In this document: positions 27,751 through 32,000 of the stretch, piece by piece | Position numbering within the stretch: the first letter of the stretch is position 1 | How the letters are laid out: the number at the start of each line of letters is the position of its first letter | Source: Synechocystis sp. PCC 6803 substr. PCC-P | GTDB lineage: Bacteria; Cyanobacteriota; Cyanobacteriia; Cyanobacteriales; Microcystaceae | Direction: 5' to 3' | DNA length: 32,000 bases | Assembly (NCBI RefSeq): GCF_000284455.1 | Contig: NC_017039.1 | Coordinates: 990,001-1,022,000, forward strand | Translations under genes and position numbers: made by a program | The notes under the pieces: generated by a model | Databases searched by the model: none | What the model saw: the letters and a program-made list of their open reading frames with translations, nothing else | Told to the model about the DNA's origin: nothing

Positions 27751-27854
27751 ATTACCGTTTAGATTGGAACAATTATTCCACTAAGACTATCTGACGTGTA
27801 AATCCACAACCGGCAGAAAAAATCAGCAATTTTGGTTTGACTTTCCCCAATTCC

Positions 27855-28772
27855 TTAGATTTTTTCGGCCCAACGTAATTTGGCGGAACGGGCCCGGGGA
27901 TTTTGCCTCTGCTCTTCTTCTCCGGCAATAATGGGCTTTTTGGTCAGCACCCGTAAATTTTCCGTTTCCCGAAAACGGTGCTTAACAATGCGGTCTTCCA
28001 AGCTATGAAAACTGATAATGCCGAACTTTCCGCCGCTTTTGAGCCAATGGGGAGCTTGGGCAATGAATTTTTCCAGGGAACCTAATTCATCGTTCACTGC
28101 AATGCGTAAACCTTGGAACGTCCTGGTGGCAGGATGGATGCGCCCATGGCGATATTTTCCTGGTACCCATTTGGTGATCGCCTCTGCTAAGTCGGTAGTG
28201 GTTTGGAAGGGACGTTGTTCGACAATTTGCCGAGCAATACGTCGGGAAAGCCGTTCTTCGCCGTATTCATAAAAAATGCGGGCTAAATCTTTTTCGGACC
28301 AGTGGTTAATAATTTCAGCGGCGGTGAGATCCTGGCTTTGGTCCATCCGCATATCCAAGGGAGCAGTGTGGCGAAAACTAAAGCCCCGATCGCCTTGATC
28401 AAGTTGGGGAGAGCTTACTCCTAAATCTGCGATGATGCCGTCAAATTGCTCGAGTTGACCGGGAAAATCAGCAAAGTTACCTTGCCAAGTGTTAATGCTT
28501 ATGTCTTTGCGATCCGCAACTAAGGGTTGCAAACGTTCCATGGCGGCGGCGATCGCCTGGACATCTCGGTCGATCATAGTCAGGGCAAGGGGAATACCTA
28601 ATTTCAGTAATCTTTCGCTGTGGCCCCCAGCTCCCACAGTGGCATCAAGGTAATAGCCACCGGGCTTTGGCTCCAGTCCTTCCACCAGGGCCGTGGGCAA
28701 AACGCTAACGTGATGAAAGTCTGCTATCGCCGTTTGTTTTAAGTTCATTCCTTCCATGGATTTGGCTCCCAT
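27855..28772 (-). CDS. rsmH: 16S rRNA (cytosine1402-N4)-methyltransferase RsmH (MraW)
   Basis: [26 protein letters not shown] and [12 protein letters not shown] are the canonical RsmH motifs. The exact start is among the ATGs at 28772, 28757 and 28748. Confidence 0.92.
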   Translation of the reverse strand: MGAKSMEGMNLKQTAIADFHHVSVLPTALVEGLEPKPGGYYLDATVGAGGHSERLLKLGIPLALTMIDRDVQAIAAAMERLQPLVADRKDISINTWQGNFADFPGQLEQFDGIIADLGVSSPQLDQGDRGFSFRHTAPLDMRMDQSQDLTAAEIINHWSEKDLARIFYEYGEERLSRRIARQIVEQRPFQTTTDLAEAITKWVPGKYRHGRIHPATRTFQGLRIAVNDELGSLEKFIAQAPHWLKSGGKFGIISFHSLEDRIVKHRFRETENLRVLTKKPIIAGEEEQRQNPRARSAKLRWAEKI

Positions 28773-28904
28773 CTACGTCCCCAAACGATCCCGCCTTCCC
28801 AGGGTAACAGCCTCCACGGAACTTATCCCCGGCAAAGTAATTCAAACAGAAAATGCAAACCATTAGGATTTTGTCATCCTATTCACCCGAAAGCGACTAG
28901 GCGC

Positions 28905-29381
28905 ATGGTTATTAGCTCACGTCCCTTAAGCGGCTTGAACGGTGTTCTGAGTCGACTTTTTATTGCCAATACTCTCGCCTTCCTCGGCTTATTTGGGGGA
29001 ATGGTGCCGGAGGTAAGTTGGCACCCCACAGCCCTTGTCTTTCGCTGGTCGGCCTATTCCCAGGAATTTTCCCCCGAGAGCATCAATCACTATGCTAAGG
29101 CAGTATTAGCCATTGAAGTAGAACGGAAAAAAGCCTTTGAGGAAATTCAAACCCTCATTGGCCGGGTTCCCCCCCAACTTACCTGCACCAATCGGGACAG
29201 TATCCGCAAGTTACCCCGCAACGCCCAGGCGATCGCCGTTAATTTTTGCAATCGTTCCAAACAAATTGCTGAAGAAAGCGGACTCAAGCCGGGAGAATTT
29301 AATCGCATCACCGAAGCCGCCAAGAATAATGCCAACCTGAAAACCCAAATTCAACGGGCAATCATTAATCTCCGCCGTTAG
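28905..29381 (+). CDS. hypothetical secreted or membrane-anchored protein (possibly DUF4168-like)
   Basis: 158 aa with a hydrophobic N-terminal segment (LFIANTLAFLGLFGG) followed by a helical, charged region. The family assignment is only a weak recollection. Confidence 0.5.
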   Translation: MVISSRPLSGLNGVLSRLFIANTLAFLGLFGGMVPEVSWHPTALVFRWSAYSQEFSPESINHYAKAVLAIEVERKKAFEEIQTLIGRVPPQLTCTNRDSIRKLPRNAQAIAVNFCNRSKQIAEESGLKPGEFNRITEAAKNNANLKTQIQRAIINLRR

Positions 29382-29409
29382 TCCCCGACAAATTCTTATT
29401 TAATACTCC

Positions 29410-29838
29410 ATGGTGATTTTTGATCATCGCCTAGAAACAGTACCCGATGCCACCACCTGGGACCTCCCCCTCACCGCCGAGGAAAGGGGTCGCACCCGCT
29501 ATCGTTTTGATAAACCTGGCTTTCCGTCTCTATTTATTCAATTGCCCAGGGGAAGTTTTTTACGTCCAGGGGATTGCCTCGGCTCTCCCACAGGGGAAAC
29601 GATTACTATTTTGGCAGCGGATGAACCTCTGCTCCATCTCACCAGTGGCGATCGCCTTATTTTGTTGAAGGCCGCCTATCATTTGGGTAATCGCCATGTG
29701 CCCCTAGAAGTGAACTTGGATTATCTGCGATTGGCACCGGATCCGGTATTGGCTGATATGCTCCGGGGTTTGGGGGTCAGGGTAGCGGAAATAACTGCGC
29801 CATTTTTTCCAGAACGGGGGGCATTCCACAGTCACTAG
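29410..29838 (+). CDS. ureE: urease accessory protein UreE
   Basis: 142 aa with the UreE core AAYHLGNRHVPLEV and the C-terminal end HSH. No His-rich tail is present. Confidence 0.85.
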   Translation: MVIFDHRLETVPDATTWDLPLTAEERGRTRYRFDKPGFPSLFIQLPRGSFLRPGDCLGSPTGETITILAADEPLLHLTSGDRLILLKAAYHLGNRHVPLEVNLDYLRLAPDPVLADMLRGLGVRVAEITAPFFPERGAFHSH

Positions 29839-30062
29839 GATGGCTTTTTGCCCTTAAATAAGCATTCCTAGCAATTTTGCCCAAGAAAATCAAGCCATTC
29901 GCTACAATGTTTTCATGAAGTAAAGTAAACTGACTGGCAACAACTTTGCGCTGGCCATTCCCGACTCCGTTCCCAATGCTTTCTGTAACGTAATTAATCA
30001 AACCTCAATCCTCCCAACCTCAGTTTTAACTCCCCTCTGACCACGGCGATCGCCAAACCACA

Positions 30063-31016
30063 ATGACCATTGATAACATCCGTCTTAGAAACGAATTTAT
30101 TAACACCGAAGTTATTACCCGCAGCAGCGGCAAAAAACTGGGGGTAGTCAAAGAAGTGCTAGTCGATGTCGATCAGCGAGAAATTGTCGCCCTGGGACTG
30201 CGGGACAACTTTTTGTCTTTAACCGGGATGCCCCAATATCTTTACCTGAACAGTATTGTCCAAACCGGGGACGTGGTCTTAGTAGAAAACGATGATGTTT
30301 TTGAATTGGTGGAAGTGGACCTCTATTCCCCTCTGGTCAATAGCGAAGTGGTTACTGAAACGGGAGAACCCCTGGGTAGGGTAAGGGATTTTCAGTTTGA
30401 CCTCGCCACTGGCAAAGTTTCCTCCATTATCATCGCTTCCTTGGGATTACCCCAAATTCCTGACCAACTTATCAGCACCTACGAGCTTTCCATTGACGAG
30501 GTGGTGAGCAGTGGTCCCAACCGTTTGATCGTTTTTGAAGGAGCAGAGGAAAGATTAAATCAACTCAGTGTGGGATTACTGGAACGCCTTGGCATTGGCC
30601 GTCCTTCTTGGGAACGGATGGAAGAGGATTTGTATTATCCCCCCACTACCCGCCCTGAAAATCAATTGGGCAGTGGCATCCCCGTGCGGCCACCGGTACA
30701 AGTCCGTCAACCGGAGCCCGTGTTGGAAGAGCGTTGGAACGAGGACGATTGGCAAGATACCCGCCCTGCGCCGCCCCCTCGTCGGGAAGTGGCCCCTCTG
30801 CGTTATCCAGAGCCGGAATATGAAGATGATTATGAAGTGGATAATTGGGGGGAAGCGTCTTCCCGTTCTTCTGCTCCAGAACCGGATTATGATTATGAAG
30901 ATGGAGTGGCTGGCGATGTCTGGGACGACGATGAGGCCCCTGCTCCCTACAGCCCTCCCCGGGTGAATATTCCGGAAACCCGCCGGGAAAAAATGCCTGA
31001 ATATTATGAAGAATAG
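30063..31016 (+). CDS. PRC-barrel domain protein with acidic Pro/Tyr-rich disordered tail
   Basis: Two PRC-barrel-like repeats (VITRSSGKKLGVVKEVLVDVDQREIVALGL and VVTETGEPLGRVRDFQFDLATGKVSSIIIA). The low-complexity C-terminal third follows (PEPEYEDDYEVDNW...PEPDYDYEDG...). Confidence 0.8.
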   Translation: MTIDNIRLRNEFINTEVITRSSGKKLGVVKEVLVDVDQREIVALGLRDNFLSLTGMPQYLYLNSIVQTGDVVLVENDDVFELVEVDLYSPLVNSEVVTETGEPLGRVRDFQFDLATGKVSSIIIASLGLPQIPDQLISTYELSIDEVVSSGPNRLIVFEGAEERLNQLSVGLLERLGIGRPSWERMEEDLYYPPTTRPENQLGSGIPVRPPVQVRQPEPVLEERWNEDDWQDTRPAPPPRREVAPLRYPEPEYEDDYEVDNWGEASSRSSAPEPDYDYEDGVAGDVWDDDEAPAPYSPPRVNIPETRREKMPEYYEE

Positions 31017-31066
31017 TCTCTGATTTAACTAGTCTTGCGCCTTTGTTCGGTTATTCGTATTGTAAG

Positions 31067-31289
31067 TAACGTGAGTTCGGGATAAGAAAGATGACTGACA
31101 ATAGGCTACAAGCTTTACAGGTCAATACATTCGGGAATGACATCAGACTCGTGATTTGTGTTTTTGCATCCTCACAAGTGATTTTTTTGAAGTCCTGAAG
31201 CCCCAAATCCCCCAGTGTACTTGGCGAAAAAACCTCCATTGCAGTCAGAGCAATACTTCTAAGGATCGGCTTAACCCGAACTCACGTTA
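31067..31289. mobile_element. MITE-like element bounded by 20-bp terminal inverted repeats
   Basis: taacgtgagttcgggataag (31067-31086) is the reverse complement of cttaacccgaactcacgtta (31270-31289) at 19 of 20 positions, with a perfect 15-bp core. The roughly 183-bp interior has no credible transposase. The outermost TA on both ends could be a TA target-site duplication. Confidence 0.5.
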
Positions 31290-31327
31290 AATATTAACCC
31301 CAGCGTCTTTGCACTCGAACGACTACA

Positions 31328-32000
31328 TTGACTCTCACCCTCTGGAAGCGTTTTCAATCCTCCGCCTCTAACCCTTTAATTTCACCCTGTGACCCTACCG
31401 AGCTCGATATCCTTGCACGCACAACCCTTCTTTCTCCCTGGCAGTTCTACCGCTACGTCTGCAACATTTGCCAGCAAAATGGGCATGAGCGTTTGTATTT
31501 CGGTCATTTGCCTTGTATTTTCTGTGATTATTTGCCAGAACCACTACTTCTTGCCTTTTTTGATCGCTTAGCAGAGAGTGTAGGAAGATCACCGCAGCCC
31601 TTCCCAAAAACAACTCTCCACCTTCAGAGTCTGCAAGGTACTCTGGAACTTCGCATCAGCCATGCTGGAAGTGGAATGATTGGACAGGTAGTTAGGCTTG
31701 ACATAACATACCGGGAGAAGACGCACTCCTGGGCATTTAAAGCCTTTTTCGAACCGGATTTCGTCTGGCAACATGGCGTTTGGTCCGAGATACCAGTAGG
31801 AATATATTTGCGATCCCAGCATGTCACCCGTGACGTAGCGCAGTTCCATGCCGCTGGACTCACCTGGATGCTGTGTGAATGGATCGAACCGGATGATTGT
31901 CCTAAAACTCGCCCTGGACGCTCCTATGATAGTCTAGCTCAACAGCAGCAACTCACACCCCTTAATCCTCTCAACTATGCCAACTACAGTCGCCATGGCA
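31328..32000 (+). CDS. partial ORF of unknown function (zinc-ribbon CxxC-x14-CxxC plus kinase-like glycine loop), continues beyond the window
   Basis: By my hand translation the frame is open from 31298 to the window end, at least 234 codons and longer than any overlapping minus-strand ORF. The first in-frame ATG is only at 31676, and a TTG lies at 31328. The product contains CNICQQNGHERLYFGHLPCIFC, then GSGMIGQV followed about 15 residues later by AFK, and WMLCEWIE. Confidence 0.5.
   Translation, partial: MTLTLWKRFQSSASNPLISPCDPTELDILARTTLLSPWQFYRYVCNICQQNGHERLYFGHLPCIFCDYLPEPLLLAFFDRLAESVGRSPQPFPKTTLHLQSLQGTLELRISHAGSGMIGQVVRLDITYREKTHSWAFKAFFEPDFVWQHGVWSEIPVGIYLRSQHVTRDVAQFHAAGLTWMLCEWIEPDDCPKTRPGRSYDSLAQQQQLTPLNPLNYANYSRHG

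Larger units (their letters stand above)
63..30053. repeat. HIP1 (highly iterated palindrome GCGATCGC), dispersed copies
   Basis: I located 26 exact octamers by eye. They start at 63, 2506, 4116, 4320, 5322, 5716, 7310, 8653, 9094, 10148, 10666, 11765, 14895, 15524, 15947, 17528, 18053, 19306, 21038, 21582, 22438, 25266, 28549, 29229, 29648 and 30046. Fewer than 1 would be expected by chance in 32 kb. Confidence 0.9.

Noticed and set aside
29777-30001. 74-aa minus-strand ORF overlapping the ureE 3' end and the ureE/PRC-barrel spacer, together with a TACAAT at 29903-29908.
   Set aside because: The ORF has no motifs, and its overlap with ureE makes it unlikely. The isolated -10-like hexamer has no convincing -35 at proper spacing, so I did not call a promoter.
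30568-30966. 132-aa alternative-frame ORF overlapping the tail of the PRC-barrel gene.
   Set aside because: It is on the same strand in a different frame. The annotated frame continues uninterrupted from the PRC-barrel domains, and low-complexity repeats commonly leave alternative frames open.
31051-31239. 62-aa minus-strand ORF inside the inverted-repeat element.
   Set aside because: It shows no transposase-like or other motifs. It also crosses the left terminal repeat, so it is more likely noncoding MITE interior.
31395-31863. Three minus-strand ORFs (31395-31613, 31589-31849 and 31624-31863).
   Set aside because: Each is much shorter than the plus-strand frame, which is open across the entire region and contains the CxxC pairs and glycine-loop motif. 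I treat them as shadows. This is less certain than for the other rejected ORFs.
31881-31890. ggatcgaacc (GGTTCGATCC on the minus strand), which resembles a tRNA T-psi-C arm.
   Set aside because: The flanking bases do not form a 5-bp T-stem, an acceptor stem or the other cloverleaf arms. The string lies inside the long plus-strand ORF.
1-32000. Search for CRISPR arrays, tandem repeats, rRNA or tRNA genes, and prophage or defence-island signatures.
   Set aside because: Reading the window by eye, I found no regularly spaced direct repeats, no cloverleaf candidates in the intergenic regions longer than 100 nt, and no integrase, transposase or restriction-modification/abortive-infection-type ORFs.

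Overview
This window looks like ordinary cyanobacterial chromosome, closest to Synechocystis PCC 6803. I base that on memory of the gene order and on about 26 copies of the HIP1 palindrome GCGATCGC; no database was consulted. It is densely coding.

Gene content, left to right:
- ftsH (3' end cut by the window edge), hypE, a Uma2/DUF820 nuclease-like gene, surE, def and lysS.
- An envelope-glycosylation-like trio: a GT2 with C-terminal TM helices, an FkbM methyltransferase, and a divergent 844-aa polytopic GT-C-like protein.
- The nitrate assimilation block on the minus strand: nrtA, nrtB, nrtC, nrtD, a small DUF1830-like ORF, narB, then a nitrate-reductase-associated protein gene. A DUF29 gene interrupted by an in-frame TGA sits on the opposite strand between narB and that last gene.
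- A TrpD2/YbiB-like paralog, a histidine phosphatase, and ftsQ-ftsZ followed by a minimal RlpA-like gene.
- A Ctp protease, a second Uma2 paralog, rsmH, a hypothetical gene, an orphan ureE and a PRC-barrel protein.
- A roughly 220-bp element bounded by inverted repeats (MITE-like), followed by an ORF with no ATG start that runs off the right edge.

I saw no rRNA, tRNA or CRISPR array, and no recognisable defence island or prophage.

The leads most worth a second look are:
- the lipid-carrier-type glycosylation trio;
- the uncharacterised small genes embedded in the nitrate cluster;
- the membrane-anchored tail on NrtD;
- the TGA-interrupted DUF29 gene;
- the two stand-alone Uma2 paralogs;
- the MITE-like element next to the zinc-ribbon/kinase-like ORF.

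All family assignments come from motif recognition by eye and need HMM or BLAST confirmation.
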